This document shows positions 16,221-26,146 of a DNA stretch of 64,000 nucleotides, in pieces; position 1 is the stretch's first letter; each line of letters opens with the position of its first letter. A program made the position numbers and the translations under genes. The notes under the pieces were generated by a model that saw nothing but the letters and a program-made list of their open reading frames with translations, was not told where the DNA came from and ran no database searches. Source of the DNA: Chitinophagales bacterium (GTDB taxonomy: Bacteria > Bacteroidota > Bacteroidia > Chitinophagales > Chitinophagaceae); NCBI GenBank assembly GCA_017303455.1, contig JAFLBM010000020.1, forward strand, positions 16,884 through 80,883, read 5' to 3'.

Positions 16221-17510
16221 CTATCTTTTCATCAATGCCTCGATCTCCTCGACGGTGATCGGGATATTTTTCATCAGGTCTTTATTGCCATTCTTAGTGA
16301 TCCAGAGATTATTCTCAATCCGGATACCCATTTGTTCTTCCTCAATATAAATACCAGGCTCAACGGTGAAAACCATTCCTGCTTTTATGGGTTCAGTCCT
16401 GGTACCGAGATCATGTACATCCACTCCTAAATGATGCGAGATGCCATGATATAAATATTTGCGATAAGCCCTGTTCTCCGGATCTTCGTTTTTCACTTCT
16501 GACTTTTTCAGCAAACCGATCTTCAGGAATTGTTGTGTTGCTTCCTCCCCTACTTTATCGGTATAATCCAATATACTGATGCCCGGCTTCAATAAACTCT
16601 TTGCATAATCATGTAAATGCAAACAGGCATTATAAACCGTTTTCTGCCGGCGGGTAAATTTACCATTGACAGGAACCGTTCTTGTCAGGTCGGCACAATA
16701 ACCACCATACTCGGCGCCAAAATCCATTAAGATCAATTCGCCATCCCTGCACTCCTGGTTGTTAGAAACATAATGTAATGTCCGGGCCCTGTCACCACTG
16801 GCAATGATACTGCCATATGCTTCACCGGTTGCCCGTTGTGATAGGAAAGAATGACAGATCTCCGCTTCAATTTCATATTCCATCACCCCGGGTTTGATGA
16901 ATTGCAGCAAACGGCGGAATGTTTTATCTGTAATATCAATGGCCTGTTGCATCACTTCCACCTCGAAAGCCGTTTTAATGGCCCGCAGTTCTTTCATGAT
17001 CTTTGCGGCCCTTATATAATTATGCAATGGGTAGCGGCTTTTCATTTCATCAATAAAGCGATAATCCCTGGTGCGGACAAGACTGGCTTTACGGTCATTC
17101 TCATTACTATCGAGATAAATGTTATCCGCCAAATGTATCCAGGGTTGTAATAAACCATCCAGGCTATCCACCCATACTATTGTTTTGATACCACTGATAT
17201 CCTGCGCTTCCTTCACCCTCAATCGTTTCCCATCCCATTTTTCTTTTAACTCGTTGGGACGAACCAATACCAGAACTTCCCGGTATTTCGGGTCCGGGTT
17301 ATCCGGGAACAGGATCACCATACTATCCTCCTGTGTAATGCCGCTCAGCCAGAACACATCACTATTTTGCCTGAACCGGTAGATCGCATCGCCATTACTT
17401 GGCACTTCATCATTACTTACAAAAATGGCAATGGAGTTTTTTTGTAACCGGCTGGCAAACCGTTTCCTGTTTTGGATAAAAATCTCAGGATTAAGGGGTA
17501 AATACTTCAT
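16221..17510 (-). CDS. Xaa-Pro aminopeptidase (M24B family)
   Basis: Creatinase/prolidase N-domain plus a pita-bread domain. LMDFGAEYGGYCADLTR, HGISHHLGVDVHD and VEPGIYIEEE supply the metal ligands. The start is trimmed to MKYLPLNPEIF (ATG 17510). Confidence 0.88.
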   Translation of the reverse strand: MKYLPLNPEIFIQNRKRFASRLQKNSIAIFVSNDEVPSNGDAIYRFRQNSDVFWLSGITQEDSMVILFPDNPDPKYREVLVLVRPNELKEKWDGKRLRVKEAQDISGIKTIVWVDSLDGLLQPWIHLADNIYLDSNENDRKASLVRTRDYRFIDEMKSRYPLHNYIRAAKIMKELRAIKTAFEVEVMQQAIDITDKTFRRLLQFIKPGVMEYEIEAEICHSFLSQRATGEAYGSIIASGDRARTLHYVSNNQECRDGELILMDFGAEYGGYCADLTRTVPVNGKFTRRQKTVYNACLHLHDYAKSLLKPGISILDYTDKVGEEATQQFLKIGLLKKSEVKNEDPENRAYRKYLYHGISHHLGVDVHDLGTRTEPIKAGMVFTVEPGIYIEEEQMGIRIENNLWITKNGNKDLMKNIPITVEEIEALMKR

Positions 17511-17743
17511 GAAAAGGGATTTAGAGCTAAAGATAACGACCATTTATATCGGCAACCTGACTTTCATCACAAAACAGGCTGACCGGGTGAAAAATGGATG
17601 ATTTTCAAAAAATTTACAAGGTTTTTAAAACGCTTCAATTTTAGTCCTAAAATTTTGAAAATGAACAGTATTAGCTAAAAAAAATTAGGCATTTTCCAAT
17701 GTGTAGCACTAACACCCGTTTGTATAAAACGGGGTTTGTGACT

Positions 17744-17751
17744 TACCTTTG
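17744..17751 (+). promoter_or_regulatory. candidate Bacteroidota -7 box (TACCTTTG) for pckA
   Basis: Exact match to TAnnTTTG, 26 nt upstream of ATG 17778. A TTTG at 17719-17722 lies 21 nt upstream and is a possible -33 element. Confidence 0.5.
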
Positions 17752-17777
17752 TCGCTTCAACAAATTTGCTTGCTTTT

Positions 17778-19382
17778 ATGTCAGTACCAACGATTACTAT
17801 CCCTACAAAACATCTCTTGAAAATTGGCCTCCGCAACACAGAATCCATTCATTACCAGCTTTCACCAGAAGAATTAGTGCAGGATACATTGCGTATTGGT
17901 GAAGGTGTTTTGAATGATACCGGGGCCCTTGTTATTCAAACCGGTGAATTTACCGGACGTTCTCCGAAAGACAAGTTTACCGTTAAGGATGAGACCACTG
18001 CAGACTCTGTTCACTGGAATGATTTTAATATTCCAATTGAATCAAAATACTTCGACATCGTTTTTAAAAAAGTAACGGAATACCTGGATCAATTACCTGA
18101 GATATGGGTGCGTGATTGTTATGCCTGTGCCGACCCCCGTTACCGCCTGAATGTAAGAGTGGTGAATGAAAAACCCTGGAATAACCTGTTTGCTTATAAT
18201 ATGTTCCTTCGCCCGCATGAAGAAGAGTTAGACAATTTTGAACCTGACTGGCATGTGATCTCTGTACCGGGGTTGAAACTGGATCCTTCCGTTTGCGGCA
18301 CCCGCCAGCATAATGGAGCCATCGTTTCTTTTAAACATAAAATGATCCTGATCGCCGGAACCGGTTATACCGGCGAAACCAAGAAAGGCATCTTCACTAT
18401 CCTCAACTACATTTTACCCCATGAAAAGAATGTATTGAGTATGCATTGCAGTGCCAATATGGGTGATGAGGGTGATACAGCGATCTTCTTCGGATTGAGC
18501 GGTACGGGTAAAACAACCCTGAGTGCTGACCCCAACCGTAAACTGATCGGTGATGATGAACATGCCTGGACGGATGATAATATCTTCAATTTTGAAGGGG
18601 GCTGCTATGCCAAAACAATCAACCTGACCGGAGAAAAAGAACCTGAGATATTTAATGCAATACGTCCGGGTGCATTAGTGGAGAATGTCACCTTCTATCC
18701 CGGCACCAATAAGATCAACTTTGATGATGCTTCGATCACGGAAAATACCAGGGTTTCCTATCCGTTGCATTTTATCAGTAATGCGCAGGAACCTTCTGTT
18801 GGTGGTTTACCCAGAAATATTTTCTTTTTAACCTGTGATGCATTTGGTGTGTTACCGCCTGTTTCTAAATTAACAGCCGGGCAGGCGATGTACCAGTTCA
18901 TTTCCGGTTATACAGCTAAAGTGGCCGGTACCGAAGCCGGTGTTACAGAACCGAAACCTACTTTCAGCGCCTGCTTCGGTGCACCCTTCCTTCCTCTCCA
19001 TCCCGGTAAGTATGCCCAGATGCTGGGACAAAAAATGCAGGAGAACAATGTGAATGTATGGATGATCAATACCGGCTGGACAGGCGGACCTTATGGTATC
19101 GGGAGCCGGATGAAACTGAAATATACAAGAGCCATGATCACAGCCGCCTTAGAAGGCAAGCTGGAAAATGCGCTGTTTGAAACACATCCTGTTTTTGGAG
19201 TTGCCATGCCTATCTCCTGCCCGGATGTTCCGGCAGAAGTATTGAATCCCCGCAACACCTGGGCTGATAAAACCGCCTATGATGAGAAAGCGAAATACCT
19301 TGCTGGTTTGTTCATTAAAAACTTTGAAAAATATGCATCTGGCGTATCTGCTGAAATTTTAGCAGCAGCACCCAAGATTTAA
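17778..19382 (+). CDS. pckA: phosphoenolpyruvate carboxykinase (ATP)
   Basis: FTGRSPKDKF, FFGLSGTGKTTLS (kinase-1a) and IGDDEHAW are PckA hallmarks. The start is trimmed from the TTG in the track to ATG 17778. Confidence 0.94.
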   Translation: MSVPTITIPTKHLLKIGLRNTESIHYQLSPEELVQDTLRIGEGVLNDTGALVIQTGEFTGRSPKDKFTVKDETTADSVHWNDFNIPIESKYFDIVFKKVTEYLDQLPEIWVRDCYACADPRYRLNVRVVNEKPWNNLFAYNMFLRPHEEELDNFEPDWHVISVPGLKLDPSVCGTRQHNGAIVSFKHKMILIAGTGYTGETKKGIFTILNYILPHEKNVLSMHCSANMGDEGDTAIFFGLSGTGKTTLSADPNRKLIGDDEHAWTDDNIFNFEGGCYAKTINLTGEKEPEIFNAIRPGALVENVTFYPGTNKINFDDASITENTRVSYPLHFISNAQEPSVGGLPRNIFFLTCDAFGVLPPVSKLTAGQAMYQFISGYTAKVAGTEAGVTEPKPTFSACFGAPFLPLHPGKYAQMLGQKMQENNVNVWMINTGWTGGPYGIGSRMKLKYTRAMITAALEGKLENALFETHPVFGVAMPISCPDVPAEVLNPRNTWADKTAYDEKAKYLAGLFIKNFEKYASGVSAEILAAAPKI

Positions 19383-19411
19383 GATACAACCTGGACGGTT
19401 GTTTTCGTTGG

Positions 19412-19449
19412 CCCCGGCAGACTTTGATGTTGCCGGGGTTTTATTTTCT
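19412..19449 (+). terminator. rho-independent terminator of pckA
   Basis: Stem CCCCGGCA (19412-19419) pairs with TGCCGGGG (19431-19438), followed by TTTTATTTT. Confidence 0.85.
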
Positions 19450-19506
19450 TTAACGGGCACCGGGAACAGGCTTAAAATTTTTATTGCGACCTTACGTTCA
19501 TAAATT

Positions 19507-20055
19507 ATGCAAACAATACTTACTAAATACTTCCCTGTAATTGCACTGTTCCTTTCATCTGCGGGATTTGCGCAGGATAGTAATGAAGAAACGATTGAAT
19601 GGAGTGCTTCCCGTAAACTCAACTGGACTGATTACAAAGCCAAGCCCAATCCCGCTTCAGATGCGGCAGCCACTACTACCACTTATGTAGGTATCGAATA
19701 TAAGATCAGTAATGATAATTTCAGTTATTTCATTCATTGCCGTTTTTCAAAAGACCGTTCCTGGGGGTTGCATAAAACAGATTATATATTAAGTCACGAA
19801 CAGGGTCATTTTGATATTGCAGAAATATTTGCCCGTAAACTGCATAAAGCAATGAGCAATTATGTGTTCAATAAAAAATCTTTTCAGAAAGACCTGAAAA
19901 AGATTTATGATTCCATCATGCAAGAAAGAGAATCCACGCAGAACCTGTACGACAAAGAAACCAATCACAGCATCAATAAAGAAAAGCAGGCTCAATGGCT
20001 CAAAAAGATTGAGTCGCTTTTAAGTGAGTATAGTGCCTATGCCGGCTATCCCTGA
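19507..20055 (+). CDS. DUF922-type predicted secreted Zn-metalloprotease
   Basis: Signal peptide, then LSHEQGHFDIAEI (HExxH), with the size and layout typical of DUF922 proteins. Confidence 0.6.
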   Translation: MQTILTKYFPVIALFLSSAGFAQDSNEETIEWSASRKLNWTDYKAKPNPASDAAATTTTYVGIEYKISNDNFSYFIHCRFSKDRSWGLHKTDYILSHEQGHFDIAEIFARKLHKAMSNYVFNKKSFQKDLKKIYDSIMQERESTQNLYDKETNHSINKEKQAQWLKKIESLLSEYSAYAGYP

Positions 20056-20059
20056 CAAC

Positions 20060-21343
20060 TTATCTTAATTCTTCCACTTTCACCCTCGATGGTGTTTCTT
20101 TACCAGCAATAATTCCTTTTGCACTCAGGGCAATTGAACGGATGATCATGGCCATATTCTCCATATCCAGGGTTTCTACATGATCGGATACGTTATGATA
20201 GTTAGGTTCGTTATCCATTTTAGAAGTGGAAATGGTATGCGCCGGAACGCCCAGTCTCGCCAGCGTAGCATTATCGGAACGATAAAATAACTGTTGTGTG
20301 GGGTAAGGATCCGGATAGAAAGTAAAACCGGTGCCTGCCAGGTTTTTCTCCAGGATCAACCCCATATCTGTTTTTTCATAGCCGGTGATATAAGCAGAAT
20401 TCTTTCCCCATTTACTTTCTGTACCGATCATTTCAATATTGAACATGGCCATCACTTTGGCCGGATCGAACTGGCGGGAAAAATATTGTGAACCATAACC
20501 CCCCACTTCCTCTGCGGTAAAGGCAGCAAACACGATGGTCCTTTCATTATTACCTAATGCCTTAAAATATTTTGCCAATAAAATAACGGCAGTGGTTCCG
20601 GCAGCATCATCATTGGCCCCATTGAAAATAGAATCCCCATCAACAGGCTTGCCTACACCAATATGATCGTAATGCCCGGAGAATACCACATATTCATCCT
20701 TCTTGCTTTTTCCCGGCAGGATACCAACTACGTTGGCAAGTTGCTGTTCAGTTATTTCATGCTTTGCCTCAATGAAGTAATTTTTGGGAGAACTATTGCT
20801 AAGGATGAATACAACCGATTTATCCGTTTTAAAAATGGAGCGTTTAAAAGCAGCTAATCTTGGAAAATCCGCTGCCAGGCTTTCATCCACCAACACTATC
20901 AAATTTTTACTGGCGTTGACGAATGCGCCGGCTTCACGGCGAAGATTACCGCCTGCTTTTATGAAGACTGTTTCATAGCCTGATGATTGATCAATTTTTA
21001 ATTCCGGCGTGCAGGTAACGACAATGATATTCTTCTGCTCTATCGCAACATCATCCAGCTTTGCAGCGGCACTGATAAACTTCGGCCGCACCATAGCAAA
21101 AGCCTGTTTAAAGTCTGCATTCCCCGTCGCCGGCTTTAAACCTGCCTGTTTGAATTCAGCGGCAATAAAATCCGCTGCTTTATCAATTTCGGGTGAGAAA
21201 GTGCGGCGGCCCCGCATCTCATCAGAAGCCAAGAACCGTTCAATACGATTGGCCTCTTTTGTGGTGATAATATCTTCGATCTTTTGCGCCCATAAAAAAG
21301 AGGTTGTTGTTACCAACAACCCCAGTAACATGTATTTCTTCAT
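20060..21343 (-). CDS. M28-family peptidase with PA-like insert
   Basis: FSGHYDHIGVG, GANDDAAGTTAVILLA and FTAEEVGGYGS, plus a signal peptide MKKYMLLGLLVTTTSFLWAQ. Confidence 0.85.
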   Translation of the reverse strand: MKKYMLLGLLVTTTSFLWAQKIEDIITTKEANRIERFLASDEMRGRRTFSPEIDKAADFIAAEFKQAGLKPATGNADFKQAFAMVRPKFISAAAKLDDVAIEQKNIIVVTCTPELKIDQSSGYETVFIKAGGNLRREAGAFVNASKNLIVLVDESLAADFPRLAAFKRSIFKTDKSVVFILSNSSPKNYFIEAKHEITEQQLANVVGILPGKSKKDEYVVFSGHYDHIGVGKPVDGDSIFNGANDDAAGTTAVILLAKYFKALGNNERTIVFAAFTAEEVGGYGSQYFSRQFDPAKVMAMFNIEMIGTESKWGKNSAYITGYEKTDMGLILEKNLAGTGFTFYPDPYPTQQLFYRSDNATLARLGVPAHTISTSKMDNEPNYHNVSDHVETLDMENMAMIIRSIALSAKGIIAGKETPSRVKVEELR

Positions 21344-21374
21344 TGTTTTCGTTTCTGCTTTTATTCAAACAATT

Positions 21375-22103
21375 TTATAAACTCATCATTTCTTTAAACT
21401 TGACGGTCTGCCGGCGGCTCACTTCAATTTTCTCGCCACCTTTTAACTCCAATAATAAACCACCATTGAAATACGGTTCAATCTTTTCGATCATCCGCAG
21501 GTTTACAATATGCTTGCGGTTGGCCCGGAAAAAGAATTTTTCATCCAGTCTTTCTTCGAGTGCATTCAGCGATTTTAGTATTAACGGTTTATTCGGACCA
21601 AAAAATACTTTGGCATAGTTGCCTACGCTTTCAAATAAACGGATCTCGTTCAGTTTTACAAACCAGCATCGTTCACCATCTTTTACAAATACCTGGTCAT
21701 GTTCTCCCAGGATGCTGTTGTTAATGTTTTCTGTTAAAGGTCTTGCCTCTTTATTCTCGGCCAGGTGCAATTTCTGGATCGCATCAGCCAACCGCTTGGG
21801 CTCTACTGGTTTCAGCAGGTAATCCAGTGCATTCACCTCAAATGCTTTTAAGGCAAACTCATCATAGGCGGTTGTAAAGATCACCTGTGGTGAACGCTCC
21901 AGGTCAGACAACATATCAAATCCTGTTTTGCCCGGCATCTGGATGTCTAAAAAAATAAGATCCGGCCGCTGGCTTTCGATTTTACTGATCCCTTCTTCGG
22001 CATTTGCTGCTTCATCAATTACTTCCACTTCCGGGAATTCCTGTAACAGCTTTTTAAGTTCGGCCCGGGCCAGTCGTTCATCATCGATAATAATTGCTCT
22101 CAT
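21375..22103 (-). CDS. LytR/AlgR-family response regulator (REC + LytTR)
   Basis: MRAIIIDDERLAR...DLIFLDIQMPG is the receiver. The C-terminal LytTR-type domain has FFRANRKHIVNL. The start is trimmed to ATG 22103. Confidence 0.9.
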   Translation of the reverse strand: MRAIIIDDERLARAELKKLLQEFPEVEVIDEAANAEEGISKIESQRPDLIFLDIQMPGKTGFDMLSDLERSPQVIFTTAYDEFALKAFEVNALDYLLKPVEPKRLADAIQKLHLAENKEARPLTENINNSILGEHDQVFVKDGERCWFVKLNEIRLFESVGNYAKVFFGPNKPLILKSLNALEERLDEKFFFRANRKHIVNLRMIEKIEPYFNGGLLLELKGGEKIEVSRRQTVKFKEMMSL

Positions 22104-22113
22104 GTGACTTGTT

Positions 22114-23193
22114 TTAATTAGCATCAAAAGGTATCATTACCCTGGCTTCCACCAATGATGGCGAAAGCTGTTTAATCTCAAATTTAGCTTTATCTCCGTA
22201 TAAAAGATTCAGGCGGTTGGTGGTACTTGAAATTCCAAACCCTTCGTTGCTGGAAGAATACCCGTTCAGGTAACCCGTATTTTGAACAGCCAGTTCATGG
22301 TAGGCCCCTTTAAAATCTGAAATGATACGGACCACCCCACCCCCGACCTGTTTGCTGATGCCATGCTTGATGGCATTTTCCACGAGTGTTTGCAGCATCA
22401 TCGGCGGCACCGGCTGGTCCAGGGTGTCTTCATCGATTTCATATTCAACCCTGAGCCGGTCTTCAAAACGCATATTCTCCAGTGCTAAATAATCCTTTAC
22501 AATATTCAATTCCCTTTCAAAAGGCACTCTTTCCACTTTATCTGTCTGCATACTGCTGCGCAGAATATTGCTCAATTCAGTAACAGCCGCCCTGGCCCGT
22601 TGTGGATTTTCATCCACCAATGCACGGATACTGTTGAGGGAATTAAAAATAAAATGCGGGTTGATATGAGCCTTGATCGTTTTTAATTCAAGATCCCTGA
22701 CCAGGGCTTCCAGTTTCAGTGTATCTAATTGCTGTCTCCTGCTTTTTTCCACATAGTGATAGACAAAATAGATCAGGTTCCAGATAAAGAACAAGAGGAA
22801 ATATAAAAAAGCATTGTTCAGCACCAGCAGCCAGATATTAAACCAATAACTATACCCCTTCCTGTTGAGGAGTTCTGTATCATTATTTTTTAATAAGCCG
22901 GTCAGCACCAGTGTTTCCACATACAGAAAAGAAACAAAAAAAGCGAGGGCAAATGTGATGATGAAAAATTGAAGGATCTGGGTATTCAGATTTTTTTGCA
23001 GCAAGCCCAGGCGAATAATTACGACCCGCATCAGGTGAGAACAAAATACGCCAAGCGCCAAAAAGACGCCAAGCCGCAGGAAAAAGGTGGTCTTCAACTG
23101 GTCGAACGAAAATGCGAAAAAGATATAGATCAGGGCAAAACTTCCCCAACCTATCGCCTGGAACAGCCAATATCGTCCATTTCCATATCTCAT
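22114..23193 (-). CDS. LytS-type sensor histidine kinase (polytopic N-terminus, His_kinase + HATPase_c)
   Basis: KAHINPHFIFNSLNSIRALV is the H-box of the PF06580-type family, and LQTLVENAIKHG is the N-box. It lies directly upstream of the LytTR regulator. The start is trimmed to ATG 23193. Confidence 0.88.
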   Translation of the reverse strand: MRYGNGRYWLFQAIGWGSFALIYIFFAFSFDQLKTTFFLRLGVFLALGVFCSHLMRVVIIRLGLLQKNLNTQILQFFIITFALAFFVSFLYVETLVLTGLLKNNDTELLNRKGYSYWFNIWLLVLNNAFLYFLLFFIWNLIYFVYHYVEKSRRQQLDTLKLEALVRDLELKTIKAHINPHFIFNSLNSIRALVDENPQRARAAVTELSNILRSSMQTDKVERVPFERELNIVKDYLALENMRFEDRLRVEYEIDEDTLDQPVPPMMLQTLVENAIKHGISKQVGGGVVRIISDFKGAYHELAVQNTGYLNGYSSSNEGFGISSTTNRLNLLYGDKAKFEIKQLSPSLVEARVMIPFDAN

Positions 23194-23396
23194 AGCAGCA
23201 AATCTAACCATTCCGGTCACCCCGGCTCCCCCTAAATATACCAGTGGGGAATTGGTTTTACAAATGGGAGGCTGAAGTCACCGGTTTGTTGCCAAAAACA
23301 TTGACCGAACTCAACCTCCTGCCGTTTAAATTGTTAGACATTCTTTACCAAAAGGCTCAGCCGAAAATACTACTTTTACAACGTTAAACTTGATGC

Positions 23397-25334
23397 ATGG
23401 AAATCACACCCGGTCCTTTGCTAAAAACCATTGATTCACCCGCCGACCTGAAGAAACTTCCCCGTGAAAAACTTCACCAGGTTTGTGATGAATTAAGACA
23501 GTATATCATTGACGTTGTCAGTGTTCATGGCGGGCATTTCGGCGCCAGCCTGGGTGTGGTGGAACTGACCACTGCATTACATTATGTTTATAATACTCCT
23601 TATGACCAACTGGTCTGGGATGTGGGCCACCAGGCTTATGGACACAAGATTCTGACCGGCCGCCGGGACAATTTCCCTACCAACAGAAAGTACAATGGCA
23701 TCAGCGGCTTCCCCAAAAGAAGCGAAAGTGAATATGATACATTTGGTGTGGGACATTCTTCCACCTCCATCTCTGCTGCTCTGGGAATGGCAATGGCTGC
23801 CAAATACAAAGGTGAGAAAGACAGGAAAGTTGTAGCCGTTATTGGCGATGGGGCCATGACAGCAGGCCTGGCTTTTGAGGGAATGAACCATGCAGGTGTG
23901 GCGGACTCGGATATGCTGATCATTTTGAATGATAATTGCATGGGCATTGACCCGAATGTGGGAGCACTCAAAGAATATTTAACGGATATCACTACATCGC
24001 CTACTTACAATAAAGTAAAAGATGATGTCTGGAAACTGATGGGCAAATTGCCCGTCGGTAAACATTTCACCAGGGCTATGGCTCATAAACTGGCCGAAGG
24101 GATGAAGGGTATGGTAAGCAGCAGTGCCAACCTGTTTGAAGCATTGAAACTCCGCTATTTTGGCCCGATTGACGGTCATAATGTGGCAAAACTGGTTGAT
24201 ACCTTAAAAGACCTTCGTGAAATTCCGGGTCCCAAGATCCTGCACATCATCACTACCAAAGGCAAAGGGTATGCACTGGCTGAAAAAGACCAGACCAAGT
24301 GGCATGCACCCGGATTGTTTGATAAAGTGACCGGCGAAATACAGAAGAAACAATTCGATTTGCCCCAACCTCCCAAATACCAGGATGTATTTGGCTATAC
24401 GATGATCGAACTGGCAGAACAAAATGACAAAATATTTGGTGTTACTCCTGCCATGCCATCAGGCTCTTCCCTGAAATTCATGATGGAGAAAATGCCGCAC
24501 CGGGCTTTTGATGTGGGTATAGCAGAACAACATGCGGTAACGGTAAGTGCCGGTATGGCCACACAGGGGATGAAAGTGTTCTGTAACATCTATTCTTCCT
24601 TCATGCAAAGAGCGTATGACCAGGTGGTGCATGATGCGGCTATCCAAAAACTGCCGGTGATCTTTTGCCTGGACCGTGCAGGCCTGGTAGGTGATGACGG
24701 ACCTACCCATCATGGTTGTTATGATATTGCTTATTTCCGTTGCATTCCCAATATGATCATCAGTGCCCCGATGAACGAAAGTGAATTGCGCAACCTGATG
24801 TTCACGGCACAACTGGACTCTACCAAACTTCCTTTTGTGATCCGTTATCCAAGGGGAGAAGGTGTGATGCCGGAATGGAAAACGGAGATGAAGGAGATCA
24901 CTATAGGTACCGGAAGAAAATTAAAAGAAGGAAAAGATATTGCCATTCTCTCTATAGGTCATCCCGGCAATTTTGCTGCAGCAGCTATTCGTGAATTAAG
25001 GAATGACGGGGTGAATCCCGGCCATTACGATATGCGTTTTGTGAAGCCGCTTGATGAAGTGTTATTGCATGAAGCCTGCCGGCAATATCCAAAGCTGATC
25101 ACCGTAGAAGACGGAACGGTAGAAGGTGGTTTCGGCAGTGCGATCCTGGAATTTATGGCCAAACACGGGTATAAGAATGATGTAAAAATCCTGGGTATCC
25201 CGGACAGGCTGGTAGAGCATGGTACTCCTAAAGAACTGCACCGTGAATGTGGTTATGATGCGTCGGCTATTGCTGATGCGGTGAGGGATATGATGAAAGT
25301 AAATGTCAGCATCAGTCAGGCTGTTCTCCAATAA
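23397..25334 (+). CDS. dxs: 1-deoxy-D-xylulose-5-phosphate synthase
   Basis: 645 aa. GGHFGASLGVVELTTALHYV, VWDVGHQAYGHKILTGR, the GDGAMTAG TPP motif and DRAGLVGDDGPTHHG are present. Confidence 0.95.
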   Translation: MEITPGPLLKTIDSPADLKKLPREKLHQVCDELRQYIIDVVSVHGGHFGASLGVVELTTALHYVYNTPYDQLVWDVGHQAYGHKILTGRRDNFPTNRKYNGISGFPKRSESEYDTFGVGHSSTSISAALGMAMAAKYKGEKDRKVVAVIGDGAMTAGLAFEGMNHAGVADSDMLIILNDNCMGIDPNVGALKEYLTDITTSPTYNKVKDDVWKLMGKLPVGKHFTRAMAHKLAEGMKGMVSSSANLFEALKLRYFGPIDGHNVAKLVDTLKDLREIPGPKILHIITTKGKGYALAEKDQTKWHAPGLFDKVTGEIQKKQFDLPQPPKYQDVFGYTMIELAEQNDKIFGVTPAMPSGSSLKFMMEKMPHRAFDVGIAEQHAVTVSAGMATQGMKVFCNIYSSFMQRAYDQVVHDAAIQKLPVIFCLDRAGLVGDDGPTHHGCYDIAYFRCIPNMIISAPMNESELRNLMFTAQLDSTKLPFVIRYPRGEGVMPEWKTEMKEITIGTGRKLKEGKDIAILSIGHPGNFAAAAIRELRNDGVNPGHYDMRFVKPLDEVLLHEACRQYPKLITVEDGTVEGGFGSAILEFMAKHGYKNDVKILGIPDRLVEHGTPKELHRECGYDASAIADAVRDMMKVNVSISQAVLQ

Positions 25335-25341
25335 AAAGTAG

Positions 25342-25383
25342 AAAGGAAAACTAAACTTTCTTAAGAATTTTAAGTTTTCCTTT
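25342..25383 (+). terminator. AU-rich stem-loop after dxs (weak terminator candidate)
   Basis: 10-bp stem AAAGGAAAAC (25342-25351) pairs with GTTTTCCTTT (25374-25383) around a 22-nt loop. No separate T-tract follows. Confidence 0.4.
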
Positions 25384-25434
25384 AGATCGGATATGGAATC
25401 TTTACCGTTAGGTGTCTCACCAACTGCAAACGGT

Positions 25435-26082
25435 ATGAAGAAATTACTTATTACTTCCACTGTTATTCTCCCGCTTGGTTTAATAGCCTATGCCTGGCTA
25501 TCGGGTTCAGGCACCTTGAAAAGAATGGCAGCCAGACACCCTGTTGCTGTTGATAAGGAAAAAGGGATCAGTATAACCACCCTTCAGAAACTAAAAAGTA
25601 AAGCAGCTCTTGCAAAATCATTTACCGAACAGAATAATTACAACAGGCAGATATGTTTTTTAGTGGATATGAGCCTGCCTTCTTCACAAAACCGCTTTTT
25701 TGTTTATAACCTGAAAACAGATACACTGCAAAACAGCGGGTTGGTTACGCATGGCCGCTGTAATGAGAACTGGCTGGAAGGAAGAAAGTACGGCAACACG
25801 GTTGGTTGCGGTTGTACTTCTTTAGGAAAATATAAGATCGGGTATTCTTACAATGGCCGTTTTGGTCTTGCTTTCAAATTGTATGGGTTAGACAAAACAA
25901 ATGATAAAGCTTTTGAACGATATGTAGTGCTGCACGGGCATGACTGTGTTCCGGAAACGGAAACAAATGAGGAGATATGCCAGAGTGATGGATGTCCTAC
26001 TGTGGCCCCGGGCTATTTATCGCAATTAAAACCGATCATCAACGCTTCCAAAAAACCTGTCCTGCTCTGGATATTTGAGTAA
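25435..26082 (+). CDS. L,D-transpeptidase catalytic-domain family protein (YkuD_2-like)
   Basis: RFFVYNLKTDTLQNSGLVTHG, GCTSLGKYKIG, VVLHGHDCVP and SDGCPTVAP resemble the YkuD_2 family as I remember it. The start is trimmed to MKKLLITS (ATG 25435). Confidence 0.65.
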   Translation: MKKLLITSTVILPLGLIAYAWLSGSGTLKRMAARHPVAVDKEKGISITTLQKLKSKAALAKSFTEQNNYNRQICFLVDMSLPSSQNRFFVYNLKTDTLQNSGLVTHGRCNENWLEGRKYGNTVGCGCTSLGKYKIGYSYNGRFGLAFKLYGLDKTNDKAFERYVVLHGHDCVPETETNEEICQSDGCPTVAPGYLSQLKPIINASKKPVLLWIFE

Positions 26083-26089
26083 AGCCATG

Positions 26090-26135
26090 AAAACAAAAAT
26101 GCCATCCCGCATCAGCGGGATGGCATTTGCTATTT
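26090..26135. terminator. bidirectional rho-independent terminator between the convergent YkuD-like gene and osmC
   Basis: 10-bp stem GCCATCCCGC (26101-26110) pairs with GCGGGATGGC (26115-26124). It is flanked by A-rich sequence upstream and T-rich sequence downstream. Confidence 0.85.
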
Positions 26136-26146
26136 AAGAAAGCAGT

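Noticed and set aside
23221-23396. Possible TPP riboswitch upstream of dxs, and similarly at 31552-31785 upstream of the transketolase subunit gene.
   Set aside because: I could not find the conserved CUGAGA and ACCUGAUCUGGAUAAUGCCAGCG-like cores. Only a weak 5-bp GGAGG/CCTCC pairing is present.
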